Below, in pieces: positions 1 to 11,859 of a stretch of DNA of 64,000 nt. Source of the DNA: Mustelus asterias (lineage: Eukaryota); NCBI RefSeq assembly GCF_964213995.1, contig NC_135808.1, positions 108,500,001 to 108,564,000 of the forward strand. Reading direction: 5' to 3'. The translations under genes were made by a program, and so were the position numbers. The first letter of the stretch is position 1, and each line of letters opens with the position of its first letter. Below the pieces are notes generated by a model. That model did not search any database, was not told the DNA's origin, and saw only the letters and a list, made by a program, of their open reading frames with translations.

Positions 1-33
1 TGGATGGGAGGCTGGTTTGTATGATGGGCTACA
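1..33 (-). mobile_element. Rex1/Babar LINE fragment (runs off the window edge)
   Basis: tggatgggaggctggtttgtatgatgggctaca is a near reverse complement of ~3262-3299 in the Rex1/Babar copy. Confidence 0.6.
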
Positions 34-233
34 GAAATATTATGACATAATCAAGCAGATCGGCTCAGCATTAATCGAAAATGATTAACCAACATACATA
101 CAGTTGCAATATCAGCAATCATACCTAATGTGCAGTGAAATGCAATAGAGCATCTGAAATCTACTGGAGTGCAACATGCTGGCCAATTTGTTACACTGTA
201 GAGAACGCAGTTGATGCATTACATCATTTTTTA

Positions 234-560
234 ATAGAATTTCAGAGAATCCCTACAGTGCGGAAGGAGGCCGTTCGGCCCATCAAGCCTGCTCCAACAA
301 CAATCCCACCCAGGCCCTATCCCCATAACGCCACATATTTACCCTGCTAATCCCCCGACACAAAGCGGGCAATTTAGCATGGCCAAACAACCTAAGCTGC
401 ACATCTTTAGTGTGTGGGAGGAAACCAGAGCACCCGGAGGAAACCCACGCAGACACGGGGAAAACGTGCAAACTCCACACAGACAGTGACCCAAGGCCAG
501 AATCGAACCCAGGTCCCTGGCGCTGTGAGGCAGCAGTGCTAACCACTGTGCCACCATGCC
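234..560 (-). mobile_element. HE1-like V-SINE (tRNA head, CR1-type tail)
   Basis: Reverse complement of ggcacagtggttagcactgctgcctcacagcgccagggacctgggttcgattc (A/B boxes), the central gtgggtttcctccgggtgctc..ggtttcctccca domain and a gggattct tail. Confidence 0.9.
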
Positions 561-1002
561 ATCCCATCATCAACCTAGATGGTGAGGTGTAACCAGTCCA
601 AAATAATTTGTCCCTCATGCATGGCAAACTCACTTGCTTCACTGAAGAAAGACAAAGCAACATTCCTAAACCAGAATCCATGCCGTGAAAGAATATTAGC
701 TCCTTAGTTCTCAACATCACACTGCCATGACTCATACAAACATACTAGCATTTATATCTTTCATGCAGTTTTATTTTAAAGACATTTCACGAATGACACT
801 CAGTTCCTCCTGGGAACTTATTAAGAACTGCAGCCAATGATCTCATTTTTGTTCCCATCATCGGCCAACGTGACAAATACTTTTGATGAATTTTATCCAT
901 AACTACAGGCATGAGGAGGACTTGAGAAAGAGTAAATCACTTTGGGAGTTCAAAATTTACTTTGTAAACCATAGGAACATGTGTTTTATCTTAGATCTTA
1001 CT

Positions 1003-1208
1003 ATGGAACTCGCTGCTGGGGGAGATAGTGGAAACAGATACGATAGTGACTTTTAAGGGGCATCTGGACAAATACATGAATAGGATGGGAATAGAGGGAT
1101 ATGGTCCCCGGAAGAATAGGAGGTTTTAGTTCAGACAGGCAGCATGGTCGGTGCAGGCTTGGAGGGCTGATGGGCCTGTTCCTGTGCTGTAATTTTCTTT
1201 GTTCTTTG
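1003..1208 (+). mobile_element. CR1 LINE 3' end fragment
   Basis: WNSL..GEIVETDTIVTFKGHLDKYM followed by a 3'UTR ending cctgtgctgtaattttctttgttcttt; same family as 30380-30610. Confidence 0.8.
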
Positions 1209-1906
1209 TATAATGTATAAAAATGCTGAGCTTCTGAAGGCTGAGTTACAGTCTGGTGGATTGCATGTTCAGAATTCTAAATGCCTGGCAGAAAGTTATA
1301 AATTGAGAAACTCACATTACAAGTTGCAGAAGTGAAATTTGAAACTTGGTTTATCAGACAAGCCTTCGTCTTTAGCCTCATTAGAAAATCCATTCTCTCA
1401 TCACCGATTCCAGTTTCCTCTTTGGCCGCTGTCTCAGGTTGAAATAGGCCTTTTGCAACTTTGGCATCTTATTTGACTGAAAGCAGGGCTTCTGAGTTAA
1501 TGTCCTCTCTTCCTAACACAATGACCATCTAATTCCACATCTGTGACAGTGCCAGCCTCTGAAACTCTCATCCCTGCCTTCGATAGCCTCCACTATTCCA
1601 GTCCTCTCTTGGTCAGATTCCCGTCCTCCACACCCCATGAACCTGTACTCCTGCACCAAGTCTCACATAACCACAAGGCTAGAGGTATATATTCCTTTCC
1701 TTAGTCTCATTACTTTGCACATTAAATTCTATTCACTGTTCAACAGCCCCCTTTCAACCTATACAACTTCCATTGTTCCTTACCAAACATAGTCATCTGC
1801 AAGATTAGACAGCTTTATTTTTGGCCCCAGCTCTGAATCATAAATTATAAACGAAAATGTTCCCAGCAATGATCCTAGTGACATGCAAATAGTAACCCCC
1901 TGTCAT

Positions 1907-2227
1907 GGGGCAGCATGGTGGCACAATGATTAGCATTGCTGCCTCACAGCACCAGGAACCTGGGTTCAATTCCAGTCTCGGGTCACCATCTGTGCGGAGT
2001 TTGCACTTTCTTCCTGTGTCTGTGTGGGTTTCCTCTGGGTGTTCTGATTTCCTCCCACAGTCCAAAGATGTGCGGGCTAGGCTGATTGGTCATGCTAAAT
2101 TGACCCTAGTGTCAGGGGGATTAGCAGGGTAAATGTGTGGATTTACGGGAATAGGGCCTGGATGGGATTGTGGTCGGTACAGACTCAATGGGTCGAAAGG
2201 CCTCCTTCTGTACCGTAGAGATTCTAT
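1907..2227 (+). mobile_element. HE1-like V-SINE
   Basis: Full-length match to the other V-SINE copies, with CR1-type tail. Confidence 0.9.
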
Positions 2228-2237
2228 CTCAATGTTA

Positions 2238-2475
2238 AGAGTTGGTTAGCTCAGTTGGCTGGACAGCTGGTTCATGATGCAGAGCGATGCCAACAATACA
2301 GACTCAATTCCCATGGTTCCTGAAGGTCTGGGCCTTCATGAAGGCTCACCTTCTCAGCCTTGCCCCTCGCCTGAGGTGTGGTTGTCCTCAGGTTAAAATC
2401 ACCACCAGTCAGAGAGTAATTTCTCTCACAAAGAGCAGAGAAGCCTATGGTCATCTGGGACTATGGTGCGATTTA
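2238..2475 (+). mobile_element. Older tRNA-derived SINE (third family)
   Basis: tRNA-like head ggttagctcagttggctggacagc...tcaattccc; body differs from the other SINEs. Confidence 0.5.
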
Positions 2476-2756
2476 TCTAAAGGAAACATGGTGATCAATT
2501 TGTATATAGCAGAACACATTGCTGCAGACAAACCTATCACAATTTATTTCATCGGGATGTATTTTGATGGAACAAATAACTTCTCCCTTGTCCTGATTGT
2601 TTTAGGTTCAAATAAACAAAATTCTATACTTCATAGTTATAAGTCAGGGGTTCTGAATTAAAGGGGTCTGAATTTTTCCATGAAGTTGGAGGTGCATTTC
2701 TTATTCTTTCATTGGTTGTGGGAATTGCTGGCAAGGATGATCCTGTGACCTTTCAG

Positions 2757-2898
2757 GTGTTCTGAGAAAAGATCATCAACCTGAATCATTAACTCTGTTT
2801 CTCTCCATAGATGCTGCCTGACCTGCTGAGTACTTCCAACACTTCCTGTTTTCCCTTTCAGATTTCCAGCAGTATTTGGCAGTATTTTACTTTGGTTT
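2757..2898 (+). mobile_element. Penelope-like element 3' remnant with a decayed hammerhead
   Basis: ctgagaaaagatcatcaacctgaatcattaactctgtttctctccatagatgctgcctgacctgctgagt; homologous to 7960-8065(-) and 52460-52745(-). Confidence 0.6.
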
Positions 2899-3107
2899 TA
2901 GCAATAGGGGATTTTATAGTTAGGGGAACAGGCTAATGTTCTTGCAGACACAGACATCAATCCAGGGCATGTTTCCTTGATGCCAAAGTGAAGGATGTCA
3001 CTGAGCAGCTGTGGTGCATTACAAGGAGGGAAAGTGAACCGGCAATGGCATAGGTCCTGCAGGTAAATTTTAGGAAGCTAGAAAAGAAACTAACAAGCAG
3101 GACCTCA

Positions 3108-3657
3108 TCTTTCTCAGAACACTAAGGAAATTTGGCATGTCAGCTACGACTCTCACCAATTTTTACAGATGCACCATAGAAAGCATTCCTTCTGGTTGTA
3201 TCACAGCTTGGTCTGGCTCCTGCTCTGCCCAAGACCGCAAGGAACTACAAAAGGTCATGAATGTAGCCCAATCCATCACGCAAACCAGCCTCCCATCCAT
3301 TAACTCTGTATACACTTCCCGCTGCCTCGGCAAAGCAGCCAGCATAATTAAGGACCCCATGCACCCCAGACATTCTCTCTTCCACCTTCTTCCATCGGGA
3401 AAAAGATACAAAAGTCTGAGGTCATGTACCAACCGACTCAAGAACAGCTTCTTCCCTGCTGCCATCAGACTTTTGAATGGACCTACCTCGCATTAAATTG
3501 ATCTTTCTCTACACCCTAACTATGCCTGTAACACTACATTCTGCACTCTCTTGTTTCCTTCTCTATGAACAGTATACTTTGTCTGTATAGCACGCAAGAA
3601 ACAATACTTTTCACAGTATACTATTACATGTGACAATAATAAATCAAATCAAATCAA
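3108..3657 (+). mobile_element. Rex1/Babar LINE 3' end
   Basis: ORF 3137-3496 TLTNFYRCTIESI.SGCITAW..SCS..DRKELQ...HP.HSLF.LLPSGKRY...NRLKNSFFP, typical of the Rex1/Babar C-terminus; ends with aataaa and (aaatc)n. Confidence 0.85.
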
Positions 3658-4375
3658 AGGTGGCAGTCTCCAGTTTACTCCTGACCTAACACTGGTGAGT
3701 ATAGAAATAGGAGGGTAGAGCAGATGAATGCATGGCTGGAGAGATGGTACAGGAGGGAGGGCTTTATATTCCTAGTGCATTAAAACTAGGTCTGGGGAGA
3801 TGGGACCTTTACAGGTTGGACAGGTTGCACCTGAACAGAGCCTGGACCAATAACCTTGCAGGACGATTTGCTAATGGAAAAGAGGAGGTAACATTAGAGA
3901 GGAAAAGCAAGGAGCGCAAAGAACGGGAAAGAAGCACTAGAGTAAGAAACAGTGAGGTATCATCGCGGGTCAAAGTTGGAGGACATGCAAAAAGGTCCAA
4001 ATTAGGCTCATTGTGGTGAATAGCTTGGTGAGCTGCAGGCATGGTTAGCAATGTGAGAATGTGATGTTGTGACTATAATGGAAACCTGGCAAAAAATAGG
4101 GACACAATTGGGTATTAAATGTTCTTCATTACAAGGTGCTCAGAAAAGATAGAGGAGGAAAGAAAGGATGGGGGCTGGCAACATTGATTAAGAATATTAC
4201 AGTGCTGGAGAGGGTGGATGGTTCATGACAGAATCTATTTGGTTAGCGCTAAGAAACATTAAAGGTACCACTACACTGCTGAGTATATTTTATAGACCTC
4301 TGTTTGGTGGGAAAAATAATGAAGGACATATGTGCAAGGAAATTACACAGATGTGCAAAAACTATTGAGTATTAT

Positions 4376-4703
4376 TGAATCCCTATAGTGCAGATGGAGG
4401 CCATTTGGCCCATCGAGTCTGCTCCAACATCTAATCCAAGCCCACCCCCTAAACCCATAACCCCATGTATTTACCCTGCTAATTCCCCTAACCTACACAT
4501 CTTTGGACACTAAAGGACAACTTAGCATGGCCAATCCACCTAATCTACACATGTTTGGACTGTGGAAGGAAACTGGAGCACCCAGAGGAAACCCATGCAA
4601 ACACAAGCAGAATGTGTAAACTCCACACAGACAGTGACCCGAGGCTGGAATTGAACCCGGGTCCATGGCACTGTGAGGCAGCAGTGCTAACCACTGTGCC
4701 ACT
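4376..4703 (-). mobile_element. HE1-like V-SINE
   Basis: Matches the V-SINE family. Confidence 0.88.
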
Positions 4704-5650
4704 GTGCCAATGTGAGACAATAATTAACCTAATATATACTGGGAAAATAAAAGTGTAAAGGCCAAAAGGGGGGAAGAATTTCTGAAATGCTTTCAGGAGA
4801 ATTTTCTACATTGGTATGCTTCTAGCTAAAGAAGAAATAAAACAGCTGGATCTTGTTCCAGGAAATGAGGAGGGTCTGAACCAAAAAGAGCATTTATACG
4901 CGGATGCAGAGAGTATGGCGGAGGTACTGAATTAATACCTTTTATCTGTCTTTACCCAACAAAATTCTGCCAAAGACATAAGAGAAGGTAATTGAGGCAC
5001 TGGACGGGCTAAAAATTGATGAAGTGGTCATATTAGAAATGTTGGTTTTACTCACAATTTACAAGTTACCAGGACTGGTCAGATACATCCAAGGATAATG
5101 AGGGAAATAAAAGTGGAAAGCAAATTAAATTTATTGAGCATGAAGTTTGACTAGGAATTAATTTGCTGATTGAAAAAGGTGTATGTATTTCTAGTTCGAT
5201 GATGTATGTACAACAAGTATAACAATAACAATTATAGCACATGTGCGCAATGATAGAAGGTGCATCTGTCCAATAAATTGCATATACTGATAGCACTCAT
5301 ACATAATTTAATATGCTCTCCAAAGAATAAGAAATACAAATTGTACTGAATTCAAGTGTAAAACATATGGATCACTTAATTGTATATTTTAAATGATGAG
5401 TTACATAGAAAAAAAAGCTTATAGAGAGGGCCTTTTTTATAGCAGCAGGATGTCCCAAAAATATTCACAAATTATGAATTACTTCATGGAGTTTAAATAC
5501 TCTTTTAAAAAAACACAGCAAGCAATTTGGATATGACAAGATTCCACAAACAGAAAGTCAATAGTTTTGGAGGTACTGATGGTTCTAGTTGACTAGTGAA
5601 TGTTGATTAGGTTTCAGGGAGAACTCCCAGTTGTTGAATACTGTAACTGT

Positions 5651-5982
5651 TATTGTTTCTTTATCAATACCTAATGGCGCGCGCAAGGCAAAATTAAATC
5701 TGTACCCATAGTGAGGTTTTTCCTGGAACGGGTCGCTAGTCTGTCACGAGAGGCTTACAGCTTGAGGGGCGCCACTCTGCATCAAGCATGGCTGCTCTGG
5801 AGTCCGTTCTGTTCTTACAACCTGCCATTGATGTGTGTTGGAAGGATTTTGCAGATTGATACTCAATGTGTTGGCTCCATTATGAACACACCTTCCTTGG
5901 CCATCAGGTCCTGGGGTGGGACTTGAACTTTGAGCCTCTGGCTTCAGAGACAGGGGCTCTATTTGTTATGCCACAAGAACTC
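5651..5982 (-). mobile_element. tRNA-headed SINE (fourth family) with a 10-bp TSD
   Basis: Direct repeat ctgtaactgt at 5641-5650 and 5983-5992; the minus strand begins gagttcttgtggc...gttcaagtccc (B-box-like). Confidence 0.6.
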
Positions 5983-6061
5983 CTGTAACTGTCCTGGGAT
6001 CTTTAACATCCCAGGACAGTTACAAGGCCTCATGTTATCTCTCATCCAAAGTATGGCACCT

Positions 6062-6345
6062 AGAATCATAGAATCCCAACAGTGCAGAAGGAGGCCATCG
6101 AGTCTGCACCGACAACAATCCCACCCAGGCCCTATCTCCATAACCCTATGCATTTACCCTAGCTAGTCCCACTGACACTAAGAGGCAATTTAGCATGGCC
6201 AATCCATCGCACACCTTTGGACTGTAGGAGGAAACTGGAGCACCTGGAGGAAACCCACACAGACACGGGGAGAATGTGAAAATTCCACACAGACAGTGAC
6301 CCAAGCTGGGAATCAAACCTGAGTCCCTGGCGCTCTGAGGCAGAG
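6062..6345 (-). mobile_element. HE1-like V-SINE
   Basis: Matches the V-SINE family. Confidence 0.88.
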
Positions 6346-6689
6346 ACAGCACAGCTTCAATACTTCACTGAAGTGTCACTCTCGATTATATACTTAGCAT
6401 TAGGTTTGGGGCTTGAATCCACAATTTCATGACTCGGTGGCAAGTGTAAGTGCTATCACTGAGCCAAAGCTGACATCCTGTTGAGCACTTCTTTTAGGGG
6501 GATTGGGTTTGTTTCTGATTTTTAAAATGGTCCCTGAATAGACCAATTTAAAGGCATCTCTGGCAGTGTTAGTTGAAAGAGGAATTTTGACCAAACAACT
6601 TAGAGAACTTTATGCTGCTCTTCAAATATTTTCATAGGATCCTTTGCATTCAGTTGACAAGCTGATATAGCCTCAATGGATAATAGTTC

Positions 6690-6864
6690 CAACCATTATC
6701 TTGCAATTATGTCTTTGTCTATATATGCCGTGTTTGTGAAACCTACCTCTCCACTCACCTGATGAAGGGCAGTGCTCCGAAAGCTTGTGATTCCAAATAA
6801 ACCTGTTGTACTTTAACCTGGTGTTGTGAGACATCTTACTCTGCCCACCGGTATCTCCACATCA
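6690..6864 (+). mobile_element. Penelope pLTR/3' end fragment
   Basis: ccactcacctgatgaagggcagtgctccgaaagcttgtg...aataaacctgttg...atctccacatca; homologous to 52050-52254. Confidence 0.85.
6755..6790 (+). ncRNA. Minimal type I hammerhead motif (stem II slightly decayed)
   Basis: tcac-CTGATGA-A-gggc agt gctcc-GAAA-gc-TT-gtga. Confidence 0.6.
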
Positions 6865-6879
6865 ACCCTTCTTAGATAT

Positions 6880-7530
6880 AGGGATGGTGCCAAAGGACAG
6901 GAGAATTGCAAATATTAGGCCCTTGTTCCAAAAAGGGTGCAAGGATAAGCCCAGTGACGACAGGCCAGTCAGTTTGAGTTGGGTGGTTGCAAAGATTTAA
7001 AAAATGATAATCCAGGACAAAATTAGTAGTTACTTGGGATTAATTAAGGAACATCAGCTTGGATTTGATACATCATGTTTAAGTAGGTTGCAAATTTTGA
7101 TGATGTAATAGAGAGGGTTGATGAGGGTAATATGATTGATATGTTGTTCATGGGACACCGAAAGGTTCAAAAGACTCTCCCACAAGAGGAAACAATCTTT
7201 CAGCATCTATCCTATCAAGCCCCCTGAGAATCCTATATGTCTCAAGAAGGTCATCTCTCATTCTTCTAAACTCCAATGAGTACAGGCCCAACCTACTCAA
7301 CCTCTCCTCATAAGAAAATCTCTCCATACCTGGGATCTGCCTAACGAAGCTTCTCTGGACTGCCTCCAATGCCAGTATATCTTTCCTTAGGTAAAGGGAC
7401 CAAAACTGTTACAAGACTGTTTGCAGGGATCAGAGGTTTCAGTTATGTGGATAGATTGGAGAAGCCTGTTCTCCTTAGCGAAGAGAAGGCTGAGAGGAGA
7501 TTTGATAGAGGCATTCAAAATCATGAGGGT
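6880..7530. mobile_element. Degraded CR1 RT fragments in mixed orientation
   Basis: ORF 7148-7369(-) EAVQRSFVRQIPGM..FSYEERLSRLGLYSLE; plus-strand PLFQKG.KDKP..RPVSL remnants. Confidence 0.7.
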
Positions 7531-7959
7531 AAAATATCCAAGCTTTTCATGAATGATCCACAGACGTAGCACTGGACTGAACTGATACTATGCTCGCAAT
7601 GACGAAAGCACAGTCTGCTGCTCCACTGTACCACCCAATTCTTAAAGGAACAGCTTCAGTATGGGCTTTGCCCATATCTGCCAAGAACAATTGCAATGTA
7701 TGGATTGTTTTGCAAAGGAGTCACAAAGGTATAGTTTCCAACAACTGATCCTCCAACTCTTATTTTGAAAATGGGGAAAAGGTGGAGATGATTTAATAGA
7801 TCAGAACTCAAACAGGACATAACTATTACCTCAACATTTAGCTGCTGCAGTGTCTGACTCAAAGAGATGTTACTCAAAGGATGTGATTATGCATTGTTTT
7901 AAAATATATATTTTTGGTTAAAAAGTGCAGAATTTTGCTTCATGGGATGTCATCTTCCC

Positions 7960-8360
7960 AAAACCAAAAGAGAAAATGCTGGAAAATCTCAACAGGTCTG
8001 GCAGCATCTGTAAGGAGAGAAAAGAGCTGACGTTTCGAGTCCAGATGACCCTTTGTCAAAGCTAAAAGGCACAGAAAGTGGGAAATATTTATACTGCAGG
8101 GTGAGGGAATGAAAGATGAGTCATAGCCACAAAAACAAGGGGAAAGGCTGCTAATGTAGAGAGTAAAAGGTGTGAATGGCCAAACGGCAGAGAAGCTGAA
8201 ATCAGAAGGTAAACTGTGACAGATGAAGATGTGGGGGGAGAGGAGGATGGGTGAGAGAGAGGTAAAATTGAGAAAGAGGGGGAAAGGGGAAGCAAAAAGG
8301 GAGAAAAGGTAAGGAAAGAGAGGATAAAACAGGGGGAAAGACTGGGGGCGGGAAAAATCA
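7960..8360 (-). mobile_element. Penelope-like element 3' region (second PLE family)
   Basis: aaatgctggaaaatctcaacaggtctggcagcatctg, a hammerhead motif and a pyrimidine-rich tract on the minus strand. Confidence 0.7.
8025..8063 (-). ncRNA. Minimal type I hammerhead ribozyme, U3-A8 variant
   Basis: Minus strand reads agct-TTGACAA-A-gggtc atctg gactc-GAAA-cg-TC-agct. Confidence 0.7.
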
Positions 8361-9083
8361 TCTTTCCAATATGGGTTCCCGGTGTGCTATAAATGTGTCT
8401 ACTGGTCAGTCTATCAGCAGACATAACTCTTGCAACCAGTTAATAGATTTTTCCCTATCTGAGCATTTCACAAGCCGTCCAACTGAATCAGCAACAATAG
8501 ACTGATCAGGGTAAAGCCTAATAGAGGACACAAGGAGTCGATGCAGTCCAGTGAAGATTTTAATTACGGTGCTGCAGTGCTTCAGTTGGAGACGCACAGC
8601 TTCAGAACATGTCATGTAGTTTGAAAGAAAACCCCACAGACAATTGCGTTTGGCAGATTCTGCTCCTCACTCAGTAAAGTTGAATAAGAACCTTACTTAC
8701 ATCTGCAGCAATGTGAGTGTTCCATTACTCATTCTCTCAGATTGGGAGCAATGATCCAGCTGAACTGAAACACACACACAGGTAATGGAAGGAAAAGCGT
8801 TAAAGGGCTTGTGGGGGCAAGGGAAGTGAGTGATCGGAGGGGGGCATGGGGATGGGGCGTGGGGAAGTGGCAGGTGGTGGTGGGGGTGGTGGGTGTTGGT
8901 GATGAGGCGTAAAATGCTGGAGTTCAAATCAAACTCATCATACAGGATTATTTCAAATTAAATTGCTTTGTGGGTGGTTTCAAATTGGCACCTGGAGTTT
9001 GGAATCATGACGCTGACTGAGAAATTTTGTAATTAACAAGGGCACTTCCGACTCCGAACGATCTGGAAGGAGGAGGGTAGCTA

Positions 9084-9395
9084 TTTTTTTTATTCGTTCA
9101 TGGGACATGGGCGTCACTGGCTGGCCAGCATTTATTGTCATGCCTGGTTGCCCTAGGGCAGTTAAGAGTGAGTAACATTGCAGTGGCGCTGGAGTCACAT
9201 GTAGGTCAAACCAGGTAAGGATGGCAGATTTCCTTCCCTAAAGGACATTAGTGAACCAGATGGGCTTTTCCGACAATCAACAATGGTTTCATGATCATCA
9301 GTAGATTCTTAATTCCAGATATCTTTCATTGATTTCAAATTCCACCATCTGCCGTGGCGGGATTCGAACCTGGGTCCCCAGAAGATTAGCTGAGT
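9084..9395 (-). mobile_element. tRNA-derived SINE family B
   Basis: Core ggcagatttccttccctaaaggacattagtgaaccagatgg; homologous to 13053-13415. Confidence 0.85.
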
Positions 9396-9719
9396 TGGGA
9401 ACACTGGGGGGACTAACTGGGCCAAGATGCTGCTGCTGCTGCCAGGATCTTTCCAATTACGCAGTTCTCCCACTGAGGCTAAGCCCAGCAGGTGTTTCCT
9501 CTTCTGGAGGAAGATCGGAGCCGGGGTCCTTGATGTTGTCTGTCCTAAATCCCCTTCCACAGACATGTGGATCAGGGGGCCACAGCCATGCTGCAAGCCT
9601 CCCTGTGAAGGGTTTCTCCTTTTACTAGGATGGCCTGATAGTTGTGGCCATATATCAGTTTTAAATTTCCATGCAGCTTCAGCGAGCACCTCAGAGATGT
9701 CAAGGTAATATCATTGGGC

Positions 9720-10070
9720 GAATAATCAAGAAGCCCAAGCTACTACTTTAGTATTCAAATACCACCAAGACATGTCGAGGAATTTAAATTTAGTTTATGA
9801 ATCTGGAATTGAAACTTAGTCTCTGTAATGGTGACCATGAAACTATCATCAATTGTTGTAAACATCCATTTGGTTCACTAGTGACCTTTAGGGAATGAAA
9901 TCTGCCATCCTTATCCAGTCTGGCCTATATGTGACTCCAGATCCACAACAAGACTCTGAACTGCCCCCTGCAAAGGCCTAGCAAGCCACTCAGTTCAAGA
10001 GCAATTAGAGAAGGGCATCCAATGCTGACCTTGGCTGCAACATCCACATCTCATGAAAGAATAAAAGAAA
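9720..10070 (+). mobile_element. SINE family B (older copy)
   Basis: ggttcactagtgacctttaggga..aaatctgccatcc..tctggcctatatgtgactccaga. Confidence 0.75.
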
Positions 10071-10444
10071 AGTCTCATCCAGCTACATCTTTGGGCCTTC
10101 TGATTGCATCTCCTGCCTCGGGAACCTGCCTACCATCCCGAATTGGATAGGAAATGCAGAGGTGACCTCATAATTGGCTGCCAGAGGGCAGACAGAATAA
10201 ATATATCATTGGGCTTGGGATGAGGAGATTTTTTTCCGTGTTGATGCTTTTCCGATTCAAGACCAGTAGATTCTGCCCACAATTTCCTGAGCAGCAGATG
10301 AATGGGAACATCACCACTCCATATTACCCTTACACCATTCCCCCTTGGGCCTAACTTGTCATTGGATCTACTAAGATTCAGCATATGGACAAGCGGAAAG
10401 CAGCACACTACATTCTCAAGTGCAACAAGAAATAGGCAATGAAT

Positions 10445-10671
10445 TGTTTTTTTTTATTCATGCATGGGACATGGGTGTTGCTGGCTGGCCAGCATTTATT
10501 GCCCATCCCTAGCTGCCTGAGGGCAGTTGAGAGTCAATAACATTGCTGTGACTCTGGAGTCACATGTAGGCCAGACCAGGTAAGGACAGCAGATTTCCTT
10601 CCCTAAAGGACATTAGTGAACCAGAAGAGTTTTTCCAACAGTCAACAATGGTTTCACGGTCATCAGTAGAT
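10445..10671 (-). mobile_element. SINE family B (3' part)
   Basis: Matches family B. Confidence 0.85.
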
Positions 10672-10950
10672 CTTTAAAGTAAAGTAAATTTATTAGTCAC
10701 AAGTAAGGCTTCCATTGAACACTGCAATGAAGTTACTGTGAAATTCCCCTAGTCGCCACAATCCAGCGCCTTTTCGGGTCAATGCACCTAACCAGCACGT
10801 CTTTCAGGCTGTGGGAGGAAACCAGAGCACCCGGAGGAAACCCACGCAGACACGGGGAGAACGTGCAAACTCCACACAGACAGAGACCCAAGCCAGGAAT
10901 CGAACCCGGCTCCCTGGCGCTATGAAGCAGCAGTGCTAACCACTGTGCTA
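10672..10950 (-). mobile_element. V-SINE with the alternative (Rex1/Babar-like) tail
   Basis: V-SINE head and body, then tttcacagtaacttcattgcagtg...tacttgtgactaataaa. Confidence 0.85.
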
Positions 10951-11859
10951 TCTTAATTCTAGATAATGCTGGTGTTGTCAGCAAGGTTTATAAACCAAAC
11001 ATTAATTTTATAAGAACAGCTAAGATCAGAGAACTGTGCCGGGCAAATGTTAAAATGAAGCTTAAAAGTGAGAGCTAGATGTGTGTCAGTCTGTTTGATA
11101 ATGAAGTATATTTTATCAATTAGTGTTGGAAGACAGGTTTCCTAAATATCACCATCCCTTCGGGGTAGGCACTGAGTAAAGAACACACAAGCCATTTTCT
11201 CACCTGAAGAGACAGAATCAAATAGAAAATTCCATTAGAACAGCTCATCCTTCCAACACCTGATTCAGGAGTGACAAAAGTCATCAGTCGAGTTTCATAG
11301 CCAGGAGTGAGGGGTTTAATATCAGGGGCCCAGAAAAGGGCAAGTAAACCTACAAGGAAGAGAAAATGACTGAAGTGCAGATTTTTTTCTGTTTGTTTGA
11401 TCTTCATTATCAATACGGGTCACATTATATTTGAAAGACGCTTTGTTGGTTCCGACGTGAAGTAAAATAAAGAATCAATTAGCTCAAAGACATGCACTGT
11501 TTGTTTTCAGTTGAAAATAGGTTCTACTCATTCCAGGGGAAGTGGCTTTTGCATGCAATCAACACCGAGCTGTCAATTATAGATCAAAAGTGGTGCATTT
11601 GGCTTTACAAGAAAATGAAACTTTAGAACTCGGCTTTGAAGTGCATCAACAGAATGCAACCTCAGAAATCTGAACCTTTACAAAGCCACGGGCTAATTAA
11701 GGAAATGTGGGCAATTCCAGAGAATGCTAAATGAGACCATGCTAACCATCTCAGGATTAACAAACTGGGATGGGGGGATGAACTAGTGTTTTGTAACATT
11801 GACATAGGTTTCTGCAGGTGGAAAGGGAACCTGCTATGTTTGGCATCAAACTTTGTTCA

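Larger units (their letters stand above)
2900..5130 (+). mobile_element. Degraded CR1 (ORF1 esterase-like region and ORF2 endonuclease), interrupted by Rex1/Babar and a V-SINE
   Basis: ggggattttatagttagggga (GD..VRG), WDLYRLDRLHLN, atggaaacctgg (ETW) and atttatagacct (YRP) remnants. Confidence 0.7.
5415..6470 (-). mobile_element. DeuSINE (SacSINE1-like) remnant, interrupted twice
   Basis: Reverse-complement Deu-like motifs (gggatctttaacatcc, ctcatccaaagtatggcacct) and a tRNA-like head near 6400-6470. Confidence 0.55.

Noticed and set aside
283-735. Recurring ORFs such as VVSTAASQRQGPGFDS.LGSLSVWSLH and CGRKPEHPEETHADTG
   Set aside because: They are translations of V-SINE copies in different frames, not a gene family
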